The notes beneath the pieces are model-generated. The model was not told the origin of the DNA. It did no database searches and was given only the letters and a program-made list of their open reading frames with translations. A stretch of DNA of 63,817 nucleotides, the filler included, from Fonticula-like sp. SCN 57-25 (Eukaryota): NCBI GenBank assembly GCA_001724245.1. It is 6 parts of 6 records of this genome, joined end to end, with 100 filler letters (N's around TTAATTAATTAA, not from the genome) between each part and the next. Parts side by side here need not be neighbours in the genome. Positions count along the whole stretch, not along the records: positions 32,167 to 42,755 come from MEDX01000224.1; positions 42,856 to 53,420 come from MEDX01000225.1; 4 more parts are not named here. One strand, 5' to 3'. Below, in pieces: positions 34,497-45,291 of this stretch. The position numbers and the translations under genes were made by a program. Position 1 is the stretch's first letter. Every line of letters begins with the position of its first letter.

Positions 34497-34645
34497 CGCT
34501 TGTTCTCTCCGCTCAGTGGGGCGTCGATGCGAGTGGTTGCCTTTTTTGGTCAATCGTTCTTGCAGAATTTCCATAAAAGGCGAAACCGGTGACTTCTGTT
34601 GCCTCTTTTGCAAGTCTCCTGTGTGTGTGTCGTGACCGGGGCGCG

Positions 34646-35794
34646 ATGAAGCGGGTGTCTGCAGTGTTGATCGCGGCCGCCGTGCTGCTTTGCGCGGCAC
34701 TTGCGCATGGCGCCGTTCTGCGCGCGACGCCGGAAGAGATCCGCAGCGCGGCGGACGGCGTTGCGCGCACGTGGATGGCGGACGAGCCGGCCTCGTCGCT
34801 CTCGTGGAACTGGGGCGAGGGCGTCCTTTTGTTTGGCATCCTCAAGTCGTACCGCATGCTGGGCGACGAGTCGCTGCTCACCTATGTGGAGGACTACATG
34901 CAGTATCACATGGACAAGGGTATCCGCGTCTTTTGGTCCGACAAGACGACGCCTGCGCTCGCCGCCGCCGAGCTCGCCCGCCGCTACAACATCTCGACGT
35001 ACCTCCCGCTTGTTGATCAGGTGATGACCTACGTGATGGACGAGGCGCCGCGCACCCAGCAGGGCCTCATCTACCACCTTGGCAAGGCGCCTCTTCACTT
35101 TATTCCGCGCGTCTTCCCCGATCTTTGGGTCGATTCCCTCTTCCACTGGGTGCCGACAATGCATCGCGTGTCTGCGCTGACGGGCGATGCGGCCTACACG
35201 TCCGAGGGCGTTTTCCAGCTCGAGGGCTTCCTGCTCAACATGCAGGACCCCGTGACGTCGCTGCTGACGCACGCGTACAACGACCACCCGCTCAATGAGC
35301 AGATGCCCGCCTACGAGGAGCTCGCCTTTTGGGCGCGCGGCAACTCGTGGGTGTACTGCACGCTGGTCGACACGCTCGCCGAGCTGCCGCTCGAGGACCC
35401 CGCGTACCCTCGCCTGCAGGCGCGCCTTGAGCGCCTCGACGCGGCCATTCGCGCTGCGCAGGCGCCGAGCGGTCTCTTCCACACGGTGCTGCTCAACGAG
35501 ACGACCTACGAGGAGACGGCCGGCTCGGCGCTCCTCACGTACGGGATGGCCCGCGGTGCCCACCTCGGCATCCTCGGCGCCGAGACCGCCGACGCCGCGC
35601 TTCGCGGAATGGAGGGGCTCATGACTGTGCTCGTCCACGAAGCAGACGGGCGCGTGATCGTCAACGGAACGTCCGTCGGAACGGGGCCGAGGCCAAACCT
35701 CTACCCGTACATCCCCACAAAGCCCCAGGTGACCTACGGCGTCGGCGGGTGGCTCATGGCGGCGCAGGCGGTCCTCGAGCTCATCGGCGCTTGA
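34646..35794 (+). CDS. Secreted GH105 (YteR/YesR-like, GH88 clan) unsaturated glycuronyl hydrolase, 382 aa, intronless
   Basis: Signal peptide MKRVSAVLIAAAVLLCAALAHG; WNWGEGV, LWVDSLF (catalytic Asp position), FWARGNSW, QAPSGLFHTVL, YEETAGSALLTYG. Confidence 0.9.
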   Translation: MKRVSAVLIAAAVLLCAALAHGAVLRATPEEIRSAADGVARTWMADEPASSLSWNWGEGVLLFGILKSYRMLGDESLLTYVEDYMQYHMDKGIRVFWSDKTTPALAAAELARRYNISTYLPLVDQVMTYVMDEAPRTQQGLIYHLGKAPLHFIPRVFPDLWVDSLFHWVPTMHRVSALTGDAAYTSEGVFQLEGFLLNMQDPVTSLLTHAYNDHPLNEQMPAYEELAFWARGNSWVYCTLVDTLAELPLEDPAYPRLQARLERLDAAIRAAQAPSGLFHTVLLNETTYEETAGSALLTYGMARGAHLGILGAETADAALRGMEGLMTVLVHEADGRVIVNGTSVGTGPRPNLYPYIPTKPQVTYGVGGWLMAAQAVLELIGA

Positions 35795-35982
35795 GGCACT
35801 GTTTTTCCACATTGCAATCTTTCTAGGCTCTAGTTTTGGCCATATCCATGCATATTGTAAGGACAATACAGTTTTCACAACAGTACGTTTTATTATAGTA
35901 GCGCTGGTGTCCTTTTCAAAAGAGCAGCTCGCGGCGGTATATAACGAGAATAATAATGTACAGGCATAAATAGTTTGGTTGG

Positions 35983-37371
35983 CTAAAAGTTGTACGTGCT
36001 CTGCGACCGTTTCGTGAGCTTTGAGTGCGTCGTGGGACGCGCCGGCGGCGCCGCCTCGACGGGCTTTAGCTTGGCGCTCTTGAGCTCCCAGTTGGCCACG
36101 CGCGCCTTGTAGAGGTCGCGTTTAAGAGCGTCTGTCTTGAGCGTCGCATCGTCGATCGCGGGCCTGTTTTCGAGGGCCGCCCTTGCCACGCGCGCCATGC
36201 TGCGGAGCACGTCCGCCTTGGGCCGCTCGTCGGGGTCGGGATGCGCCATATTCTGCAGAATCTCATTGAACTGTGCCGAGTAGCCCTTGAGCGGCGGCAT
36301 CTTTCCCTCGCGCAGCGCGCGGAAGAGCTCGCCGGTGGACGGCAGCTCCTCGCCGCGCGCGAGCTCGTAGACGGTGAGCCCCAGCGAAAAAATGTCGGCG
36401 GCAGTTAGGTTCGAGTACTTGTCCTGCAGCAGTTCGGGCGCCATGTAGCGCGAGTCGCCCTCTTCAACGTCCTTTACCTCCTTTGCCGACGTCAGCAGGC
36501 CGAGGTCGCCGATCTTGTACACGACGGCGTCGCGGTCCTCGATCATGCTGTCGAGCCGCAGGAGCTGCTGCGCGCCAGCGCTCACCGCCTGCGCCGGGTG
36601 GCTAACAAAAATGTTTTCGCGCTTGATGTCCATGTGGGCGAGCTTGTAGCCGTGGATGAAGACGAGGCCGTCGGCCACTTGCTCGAGGAGATCGCACAGT
36701 CTCGACTCAGAGTACGACTCGTCGAGCTTGAGCGAGCCGCCGCCGCAGTACTCGTTCTGCATGTACATGTACTCGCCTTCGCGCCACACAGAGTAGTACC
36801 GGAGCACGTTCTGGTGCACGCCAAGGTGGTTGAGCGTCGCGCACGCCACCACCTCGCGCTGGGCGCGCTTGCGGGACTCGGCATCGAGCATCGCCTGCTT
36901 CTTGATCGCGTACAGACACCCGTCCAGGCGGTTCTTGCAAAGGTACACCGAGCCAAACGACCCGCGGCCGAGAAGGCCCTTTTGCTCAAACTCGTTTGTA
37001 AACCGGTTGGGCGATTCGAGCAGATTGGCCGCGGCCGGGTTGGGCCGGAACAGCGACGGCATCGAGGCGGATCCCGACGGCGCAAATTGGCGCTCCTTTG
37101 GCCGGGGGGTCGGGGGGACCGGCTTTGAGGGCTCCTGCATAAACAGCAAGGACGACGTAAGACGCGCCGACTTTGGCGAGCGAGGCGATGCGGCCGGCGG
37201 CGACATGGCGCCGGCATCGACCAACGGCCGCTTGCGCGTCGGGGTCAACGACCGCGACGCAGGCGACGGCGAAGGAGAGCCGCCGAAAAGCGACTTGCGC
37301 GACGACATAGGGCTCTGCGGCGGCGTCACGCTCAGCATCTCCTGGCTCTCGCCCTCAATAAGCGACTCCAT
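35983..37371 (-). CDS. WEE1: Wee1-family CDK-inhibitory kinase
   Basis: RFTNEF..LGRGSFGSVY..RLDGCLYAIKK, HMDIKRENIF, YKIGDLGL, EEGDSRYMAPELL; SP/TP-rich N-terminus. Confidence 0.92.
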   Translation of the reverse strand: MESLIEGESQEMLSVTPPQSPMSSRKSLFGGSPSPSPASRSLTPTRKRPLVDAGAMSPPAASPRSPKSARLTSSLLFMQEPSKPVPPTPRPKERQFAPSGSASMPSLFRPNPAAANLLESPNRFTNEFEQKGLLGRGSFGSVYLCKNRLDGCLYAIKKQAMLDAESRKRAQREVVACATLNHLGVHQNVLRYYSVWREGEYMYMQNEYCGGGSLKLDESYSESRLCDLLEQVADGLVFIHGYKLAHMDIKRENIFVSHPAQAVSAGAQQLLRLDSMIEDRDAVVYKIGDLGLLTSAKEVKDVEEGDSRYMAPELLQDKYSNLTAADIFSLGLTVYELARGEELPSTGELFRALREGKMPPLKGYSAQFNEILQNMAHPDPDERPKADVLRSMARVARAALENRPAIDDATLKTDALKRDLYKARVANWELKSAKLKPVEAAPPARPTTHSKLTKRSQSTYNF

Positions 37372-37392
37372 AACGCCAAAGGTGCGCAACGC

Positions 37393-37542
37393 GATTCAAG
37401 CCAAGCTGCGTTTCGCGCCGATTCGCGCTTATTTTCCCGAAATGTAACGGCGGACCGGAATCCGGGGCAGACTCCCATCAATCTGTCAGGTAGACGACGC
37501 CAATACCCTATATTGGTTTGCATCAACGACATTGCCACGCGT
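37393..37542 (-). promoter_or_regulatory. Putative cell-cycle promoter elements upstream of WEE1
   Basis: TTTCGCGCC (E2F-type) at 37411-37419, CCAAT at 37500 and ATTGG at 37512, ACGCGT at 37537. Confidence 0.4.
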
Positions 37543-37773
37543 TTGGAGCACAAGCATGTCCACAGCCAACATAAATGATTATTATAGTTTATATATTTTC
37601 TTCTGAATGGATGTCAGGTCCCCGTCGGATGCCGGCTCAGTAAAGATGCCATCTCATGCGTAAAATGGCCGAGGCCAGGGCAGCAGATGTCGGTGCGAAA
37701 GTGTATATAATGTGACAACGAGAGAAAAGTCTACAAAAAATGACCAAACATGCAGCTGTAATATAGAAGGACT

Positions 37774-39483
37774 CTACTCGGCGGCCAAGTTCACCTTGCG
37801 CGTCGGCAGGTCCCCAAAGACAGACTCTTCGCGGAACGTCTTGGCGAGCACGTAGGGCGCGACGAACGGCGCGTCGTCATCGTCCATGGCGTCTTCCACG
37901 GCATCGAGCTCGCCGTCGCGGTACGCGGGCGCCAGCGTCTGCTCGAGCCCGTCCGGCGGGTTCAAGTACGTGCCGGTCTGCCGCCCGCCGCCCGTCAGGC
38001 CGCGGCCTTGCGTACGGTACGAGTTGAGCGGGATGCTCACGGGCGCCGACGTCGCCAGGAGACGAGCAGACGCAAAGGCAGACTGCGAAAAGTGGTGCTC
38101 AGCGGCAAGCGAGGGCGGCGGCGCAAACAGCGCGGCCGGCGACGCAGAGACAGGCGACACGTCCTCTGAAAAGGCGTCAGTAAAAGTGGGGTCGAGACGC
38201 ATGAAAATAACAACTCTTAAAACACTCAAAAAAATAAAAACATACACGCACGCAGCACAATCATATTTGGTCAATGAACTAATGTATCGAAAGAGCGACA
38301 TTCGCAACCAACCGAAATGCCACGTCACCCACGCACACCCAAAAATACCAGCGTACCGGCGTCGTAGTCTGGTTCTGGCCCGAGGTCGTACTTTTCCAAC
38401 GCCTCCTCGTCCGGCTCGACGCCCTCGAGCTCAAAAAGCGCGGGAAGCGCCGTCGCCTCGTCGGCATCCGGCTGGGCCGCGTCAGCGTCGGTCGTCACAG
38501 ACACGTCGGCGGCGGTTTCCAACCTCTGCACGTCGCTCGCCTTCCTCGGCGGGGCCGCGTTGGGCAGCGGAACGGCTGGGACGGCCGGCGCGGCGATGGT
38601 GTGCGTGAGGGCGTCGTTCAGGGCGGCCTCAAGGGCGTCCTGCTGAGACTCACCGTCGGCGCTGGCGAGTACGTGCACGCTCGGGCTTGCCAGCGAAGAG
38701 GAAGAGGCAAAGGCGCTCTGCGGCTGCTGCTGAGGCTCCGCGGGCGACGGCTGGTTCGCAGCGGCGCGCTCGCGGTCGGCGCGGTCCAGCGCGCAGATAA
38801 GGCCCCAGAGCGCTTCGCGCTGGCGAGCGCCGGCGGCCTGCTGGCGCTCAAACTCGGCCCGCTGATCCTCCTCAAACTTGCGCACGCGCTCCTGCATCCG
38901 GCGCTCCTCGGCGGAAAAGTAAGTCGTCAGGCTCTCCTGAAGCGAAACAAGCACGGCATCAAGTTCGGGATTGTCATTGGCCGTCGCCAGCATCCCGGAG
39001 GAAGCATCTGATAATACGATGCGGAAGACGGCAGAGTACGTCGGCAAGCCGCGCGCTTCTTCGAGCTCGTCGCCCGCCTATACAGCAAAAAGCAGCACCA
39101 AAAATGGTCAGTTAAATGTGTACAAAGTAAAACTCGCGGCATACCGGCAAAACCGAGCTGATTAGGACAGTGCGCCCAGATGAGCCGAATGTCTCAAGGG
39201 CAACGGCCTCTGCGGCATCGCGGTTGGCGCACAGAATCGCCGTCACGGGCATGTCGCAGTTTCTACAGTGCAGTACTGACCACGTCGCGGGGGACTTTCT
39301 GGTGTCTTCGAGCGTCTCGAGCCGGGCGAGGTTGGCATGCTCGATGCGCACGCCGGCCACACCGAGGGCGACGCTGCATGAAAGCGCGGCGTACCCCGGC
39401 GGCGCTATGCTCTCGTCGGGCTCGCCGAGGTCCGTCTGCGTCTGCACCTTGACGTTGAGGCACTTGCACGCTAGCTGCACCAT
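37774..39483 (-). CDS. PRAS40/AKT1S1 (Lobe)-like protein, about 3 exons
   Basis: N-terminal CKCLNV..W..LHCRNC..YSAVFRIVL, coiled coil, LFELEG, LATSAPVSIP and terminal VFGDLPTRKVNL; in-frame splice joins VLP|AGDE and DA|EDV. Confidence 0.7.
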
Positions 39484-40008
39484 GGTGGCTGGGGATCCTT
39501 GGCGCCCGCGTCACTCAAAGCAAACGTTCGAAACAGGAGACGCGTCCCACAATTCGGGTGGTGACAAATCAGAATGACGTCGATTTCGCGCGTTTTTTTG
39601 GCCATTTTTCCCTATAAAAGGGCTTCTCCTCGGCTCGTTCGCGGGCTATATGGGACATGGTCGCAGCTTGGGCCGCCCGTCCATTGCTTGTGCCGCCTAG
39701 GGCGGCGTAGCGGGCGCGGCGGTTCCCGGGCCGTGCGGAATGGCTATCCAGACATTTCGGAAGCGTAATTTTTATAGGGCGATGGTCCGCGCCGCGCTAG
39801 CCCCTCTTGCCAGGACGGCTGGCGAGGTGATTTCGGCCCGCCAACCAAAAGTATAAAGGCAATAAGTGTTTGATGGATACCAGCAAGGAGACGATTATTC
39901 AGTGCAATGCGAATAAATTCAAATAATTTAATGTCGATCACGGTCGAGCACATGTGTATTGCGAAACGTAGACAGCAAATGGAACAAAGGAAACAAAAAG
40001 TATCACAG

Positions 40009-42678
40009 CTAGATATCTGCGGTGATTTCAATGGACTCGGCCGATGCCGCCGGCTCGACGATAATTTCAGGCGCCTGCTCGACAGGCTCCGCCACCTTGA
40101 CCTCGGCAGCGTCGTCGGCCGCCTGCTTGCCACTCTCTGCCGGTTCGTCGGCAGCAACATCTAAACCATTCGCCTCCTGCTTGGCGCTCTCTACCGGCTC
40201 ATGAACAGCAACATCGACGCCGTTCGCGGCCTGCTCGCCAGGCTCCGCCGCCTCAAGAGAATCAGCGCTGCCATTGATCACGATCGATGGCTCGGGCAAA
40301 GTCGAAGGCTGCCCCGAGGGAGAAACGCCGGAAGACTGCGAAATAGCGACGGTGCTGCCCGAATGCGACTCTTCGTCGTCCCAGTCCGAGTCGTCGTCGG
40401 CGCCCGCTTCAATGTCATGCATGGAAATCACCGGCCGCGAATCAACAGGGGCGTCATCGCCGCTGCCCACCACCTCCACAGTAGGCAGCGAAGGCGACTC
40501 GGCGCTGCTGCTCTCCACAGTCTCTGCAGTCGTGTCGGCGCTGATGCTTTCCACAGTTACCACAGGGGTCGCCGCCACTGGCTCGCTCTTGGCGGCCTTG
40601 CTGTCCGCAGTCGCCTCGTTTTTGGCGGCCGCCTCGGCCTCGCGAGCTCTCCTGGCCTCCTCTTCGCGCTCGGCGATGCGCTTCATGCGGAGCTGCGTCG
40701 GCGTGAGCTTGGGCGCCTCGGGCACCGGCGGCGCGAGCATGGCCGTCAGCACGGGATCCTCGCCAAAGATATCGGTCGAGTTGACGATGGCAAACTCGAC
40801 GATGGCGTTGTTGAATGCGATCGCCTCGAGCGGCGACGACTGCGGCGTCAGAGTCGGGCCAAACACGACCGAGAGGTTCAAGGCGGTCATCTTGTTGACC
40901 TCTGAGTTTGCCACGATGCGAGCAAAGTGCTGCACAAGTGTCTTAAAGAGCGTCTGGTGAACCGCCGGGAGGAGCTCGAGGGCGCTGCGCACGCCGGCCG
41001 CATCCAGCTGCTTGGCGCTCGCAAGCTTGAGCAGCGCCTCGTAGCCCGGCCCAAAGAGGGTCGACTCGGGCAGCTCGCGCAAAAAGAGCTTGAGGCAGCC
41101 GGTCACCGCGTGGATCTCAACGTCGTCATCGAGCACAATCGGCTCGACAGCTGCTTCAAAGATGCCCGACAGCTTCTCGACCGACGACTTGACACCAGCG
41201 ACACGGTAGAGACCAAGCTTGTTGATACCGCGCTTCTCCACAAAGTCGATGCACGTCTCCACGACAAAGGGCAGCTGCGTTGACATGTGCAGCGGCTGGC
41301 GCGTGAGGGCGACGCCAAAGAAGCTCAAGTCGCGCGCAAGCGGCGGCGGCCTGCTCGAGTGCGTGTCGCAGTCCAGCGCGGCCTTTTCCGCGCACCGCTT
41401 GTGGCAGACAAGATTGCACTTTATGCACTGGATAGGCTTGACGGCGAGTCGGCCGCACTGGTGGCACGTCCGCGACTTGCTCGTCTTCTTGAACGAGTGC
41501 ATGCCGAGCCGAACTCCTTGAGGCGACGAGGCAGGTTTGTCGGCCTCTGCAGCAGGAGCAGCATCGGTGGTGATCGGCGCCTGTACAGGCTCGAGCGTCA
41601 GCTGGGACGACGACCAGACCTGGCCCTTGGACATCTTTTGCACAAAGCGCGCGAGAAATTCTTTCGAGTTGCTCTCTCTCAGCTGCGTGGTAACCATGTC
41701 GATGATGGCGCGCGCCGTCAAACACCCCTCGAGCTGCATCTTGGTGTAGCGCGACAGGCTCTCCTTGTAAGCTTCCTCGGTCTCGAGGAGGGAGCGCTCG
41801 AGCGCGTTGGAGGTGAGCAGCGTTTGCCGACGGAACCCGCTCATCACGTCATTCACAATGGCGAGCTGGGTGCGGACGGCATCTTCAAGCGCCTGAAGCT
41901 TTGCCTTTGTCTCCTCCTCCAGCTTGGTTCGCTTGCCGAGCTTCATGCGGTAAACGCTGTTCTCCTCCGTCGTCTTCTCCTGAAGGGCAGCGAGCCATAC
42001 GTCGCCTGCGGCGTAGTACTTGGCGCGCAGGCGGTCGAGCTCGGCCAAAACCTCGTTAGACTCCTTACGCTGAACACGGTACTTTTCCATAAGGGACTTG
42101 CAGGTACGTTCGTGTTGGTGCAGCCTGGCGAGAACCGGATCGATCACCTCTACCTGCACGCGCGAAAGCGTATCGACCTGCTGCTGGCACTCCCGCTCAT
42201 GGAGCTTGAAAAGATTAGAGGCAACGACCCTGTACACGCCGTCGCCAACAAGATCCTTGAGAGGCGCCCCGGACATGCGCGCGTTCTTGTAGGTAGTCTT
42301 GTAGTGCGTAACCTCCTGCGCGACCCGCGACGAAAGGTATCCGCACACGATGTAAATCGACTTTCCCAGCTCTTCACTGCGCTGCTCCAGCACGTCCATA
42401 ATGTCGCTGAGCAGCGAACCGGTATCGCCAATAATGTCGGCGGCAGGAGAAATATTTCCCGTATCGATGCTCGGCGAACGTGATCGCCCGCGCGCACTTG
42501 TGGGGGCCGACAGCCCCTGGCTCGACGGCGACTTGGATCCCAGCGCCGACTGAGGCGATAAACTCGACGAAGGGGACGCGGGCGGATGTATCGAAATGGG
42601 GGTGACACGACCAAAGCCTTCCCCGATTTCCTCCTTTACCGAGCCCCGGCGCCCATCCCCAAGCACCAGTTTCTTCAT
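40009..42678 (-). CDS. F-BAR + C1 + RhoGAP protein (GMIP/HMHA1/ARHGAP29-like architecture), possibly 5' partial
   Basis: Helical F-BAR-like region; C1 domain HSFKKT..CHQC..CIKCNLVCHKRC..DC; RhoGAP LGLYRVAG, KLFLRELP, NKMTALNLSVVFGPTL. Confidence 0.87.
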   Translation of the reverse strand: MKKLVLGDGRRGSVKEEIGEGFGRVTPISIHPPASPSSSLSPQSALGSKSPSSQGLSAPTSARGRSRSPSIDTGNISPAADIIGDTGSLLSDIMDVLEQRSEELGKSIYIVCGYLSSRVAQEVTHYKTTYKNARMSGAPLKDLVGDGVYRVVASNLFKLHERECQQQVDTLSRVQVEVIDPVLARLHQHERTCKSLMEKYRVQRKESNEVLAELDRLRAKYYAAGDVWLAALQEKTTEENSVYRMKLGKRTKLEEETKAKLQALEDAVRTQLAIVNDVMSGFRRQTLLTSNALERSLLETEEAYKESLSRYTKMQLEGCLTARAIIDMVTTQLRESNSKEFLARFVQKMSKGQVWSSSQLTLEPVQAPITTDAAPAAEADKPASSPQGVRLGMHSFKKTSKSRTCHQCGRLAVKPIQCIKCNLVCHKRCAEKAALDCDTHSSRPPPLARDLSFFGVALTRQPLHMSTQLPFVVETCIDFVEKRGINKLGLYRVAGVKSSVEKLSGIFEAAVEPIVLDDDVEIHAVTGCLKLFLRELPESTLFGPGYEALLKLASAKQLDAAGVRSALELLPAVHQTLFKTLVQHFARIVANSEVNKMTALNLSVVFGPTLTPQSSPLEAIAFNNAIVEFAIVNSTDIFGEDPVLTAMLAPPVPEAPKLTPTQLRMKRIAEREEEARRAREAEAAAKNEATADSKAAKSEPVAATPVVTVESISADTTAETVESSSAESPSLPTVEVVGSGDDAPVDSRPVISMHDIEAGADDDSDWDDEESHSGSTVAISQSSGVSPSGQPSTLPEPSIVINGSADSLEAAEPGEQAANGVDVAVHEPVESAKQEANGLDVAADEPAESGKQAADDAAEVKVAEPVEQAPEIIVEPAASAESIEITADI

Positions 42679-42755
42679 CGCGCGCGGATGGCTGCCGTGG
42701 TACGCTCTTAGCTCTTCGCCTGTTTTGGACGCATTCCTGCCTGTTCATTCGCCCA

Positions 42756-42855
42756 NNNNNNNNNNNNNNNNNNNNNNNNNNNNNNNNNNNNNNNNNNNNT
42801 TAATTAATTAANNNNNNNNNNNNNNNNNNNNNNNNNNNNNNNNNNNNNNNNNNNN
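42756..42855. other. Artificial contig-joining linker
   Basis: N44-TTAATTAATTAA-N44. Confidence 0.97.
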
Positions 42856-43707
42856 GGCTCGCTCATCAACAGCGACGACACCCTGACTGCCTTTGGCGAC
42901 AAGGTCCTTTTCAGCTCGTGCCAGAGTGCCGTTGCTATTGACAACCAGACCCAGCTCCTCGTTGGCTACTTTTACACCGGCCTCAACCAGTCCGACACCT
43001 ACAGCGGCCTTGCCTACACCAACGACGGCGGCGAGACCTTTGGCTACTCCAACTGGGGCATTGACACCAACCCCCGCTACGGCGCTGCCTCCGAGTCGGG
43101 CTGGGTCATCACTGGCGGTACCTGGGCGGCCGACTCTGACGTTGCCGTCGACGGCTTCAAGGCCTTTTCGCAGCACTTTGGTGCCAAGATCGGCGAGGCT
43201 GGCTCCAACTCGCTCTCGCTTGTGCGCCAGCCCCTGCGCGCCTTTGCTAGCTCCAAGAACGGCTACCTCGGCAAGATCGGCTTCTCGCCCGACCAGGGCA
43301 AGACGTGGGAACTCGTCTTTGAGGACTATGACCGCTTCTACTTTAACGGTGCCCACTGCTTTGGCAACACCTGCTGGGCCGTCGCCGAGGGCCCGTGGGA
43401 CGCGTACATTTTCAAGTCGGCCGACGGTGGCCGCACTTGGGCCGAGAACGCCGTTTTCCCCGGCAAGAGCCTGATGGACATTGAGTTCCGCAGCGACCTC
43501 GAGGGCTGGGCTGTCGGCGGCACCCTCTTTGAGAACACCTTTGAGGCCCTCTTTGCCCACACCACCGACGGCGGCGTCACCTGGGAGACCACCGAGACCA
43601 TCGCGAACGCCTACCCCAACGGCATCACCATCACCGAGAGCGGCGTCGCTTACTCGTCCGCTTTCATGCGCAACGGTCTCTCGTCGCTCCTCGCTTACCA
43701 CCCTTAA
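42856..43707 (+). CDS. BNR/Asp-box beta-propeller protein (Ycf48/sialidase-like fold), 5' partial
   Basis: Asp-boxes YTNDGGETF, FSPDQGKTW, KSADGGRTW and HTTDGGVTW in one frame that is open from the contig start; strong C-ending codon bias. Confidence 0.8.
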   Translation, partial: GSLINSDDTLTAFGDKVLFSSCQSAVAIDNQTQLLVGYFYTGLNQSDTYSGLAYTNDGGETFGYSNWGIDTNPRYGAASESGWVITGGTWAADSDVAVDGFKAFSQHFGAKIGEAGSNSLSLVRQPLRAFASSKNGYLGKIGFSPDQGKTWELVFEDYDRFYFNGAHCFGNTCWAVAEGPWDAYIFKSADGGRTWAENAVFPGKSLMDIEFRSDLEGWAVGGTLFENTFEALFAHTTDGGVTWETTETIANAYPNGITITESGVAYSSAFMRNGLSSLLAYHP

Positions 43708-43880
43708 GCGGGCGTCGATTGGCAGCCCTTGCCTCGACATTTTGTTAAACGGTCAATGCCCCTTTAGAGTAGTAGCTTTCTTTCCACAGTGCAATATAGT
43801 CGGACCGACGCTTTTTTGGGACCTTTAAAGACAGTCACACTTGCACTATATTGCACATATGGGGATCGTCTCATACCTGA

Positions 43881-45080
<1,200 letters not shown>

Positions 45081-45291
45081 ATCTTTGTCTCTTTTGAATT
45101 TGTAGTGCATGTGTGTGTGAATAAGACTCTTTTTTGTTTTATCTTGTGAGGTTATTCGAGTGCCGATATTTGTCCATTCCAAACAGGCAGAATTGTGTAC
45201 ACACCAAGCAAGCAAGCAAAGGCAGATATGAAAAACAGCAGAAACGCATAAAGTACAGGGGTCGAAAGGGGCTCAGCGCCGCACACGAGTG

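Noticed and set aside
180-42678. Cluster of Rho/TOR/Hippo signalling genes as a functional locus
   Set aside because: The genes lie on separate, artificially joined contigs.
42856-43707. Photosystem II factor Ycf48 (with the SQD2-like gene) as evidence for a plastid
   Set aside because: Only generic Asp-box repeats are visible; the genes are on different contigs and the other genes look opisthokont.
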